From positions 744,001 through 808,000 of the forward strand of contig CP060756.1 of the NCBI GenBank assembly GCA_023205875.1: a stretch of DNA of 64,000 bases, in the 5' to 3' direction. Position numbers and translations under genes: made by a program. The stretch is from Chloropicon primus (Eukaryota). A model generated the notes under the pieces. It saw only the letters and a program-made list of their open reading frames with translations, made no database searches and was not told where the DNA came from. Positions 63,951 to 64,000 of the stretch are shown here, piece by piece. Position 1 is the first letter of the stretch. Every line of letters starts with the position of its first letter.

Positions 63951-64000
63951 ATGAAGCTCTCGATCTTCAAGCCGAAGCGCGCGCAGGTGGACGAGGTCCT
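63951..64000 (+). CDS. Possible 5' end of the next gene (MKLSIFKPKRAQVDEV...); partial
   Basis: ATG followed by 15 codons that all end in G or C. Too short to identify. Confidence 0.35.
   Translation, partial: MKLSIFKPKRAQVDEV

Overview
Gene-dense eukaryotic nuclear DNA from a compact, GC-rich green alga. A Chloropicon-like picoalga is my inference from few short GT-AG introns with CTGAC/CTAAC branch sites, TGTAA poly(A) signals, (GA)n leaders, plastid/mitochondrial targeting peptides and a TTTTAGG repeat. About 29 protein-coding genes, in order: a partial conserved gene, LEO1, DPP4/8/9-type peptidase, PYG7/CGL71, an unknown 540-aa protein, STK11IP-like LRR protein, PH protein, MOC1 resolvase with a SAP domain, frameshifted GrxB-type glutaredoxin, AGMO-like hydroxylase, carboxylesterase, a kinase-BPNT1 fusion, LYRM7/MZM1, PILS, SnRK1 beta, threonine dehydratase, FKBP42/TWD1-like, NPC1, ankyrin protein, DiT2, mitochondrial Hsp70, GapB head-to-head with PGK, LPA1-like, a small DUF4476-like protein, CryP-type cryptochrome, an intronless outer-arm dynein heavy chain, an acylated unknown protein, an RluD-type pseudouridine synthase and a possible gene start at the right edge. 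No tRNA, rRNA, CRISPR or transposase was recognised. Best leads: the kinase/phosphatase fusion, the GapB-PGK divergent Calvin-cycle pair, MOC1-SAP, the AGMO-like Glu-to-Gln change, the GrxB frameshift and several structured non-coding elements. Family calls come from motifs recognised by eye; no database search was run.
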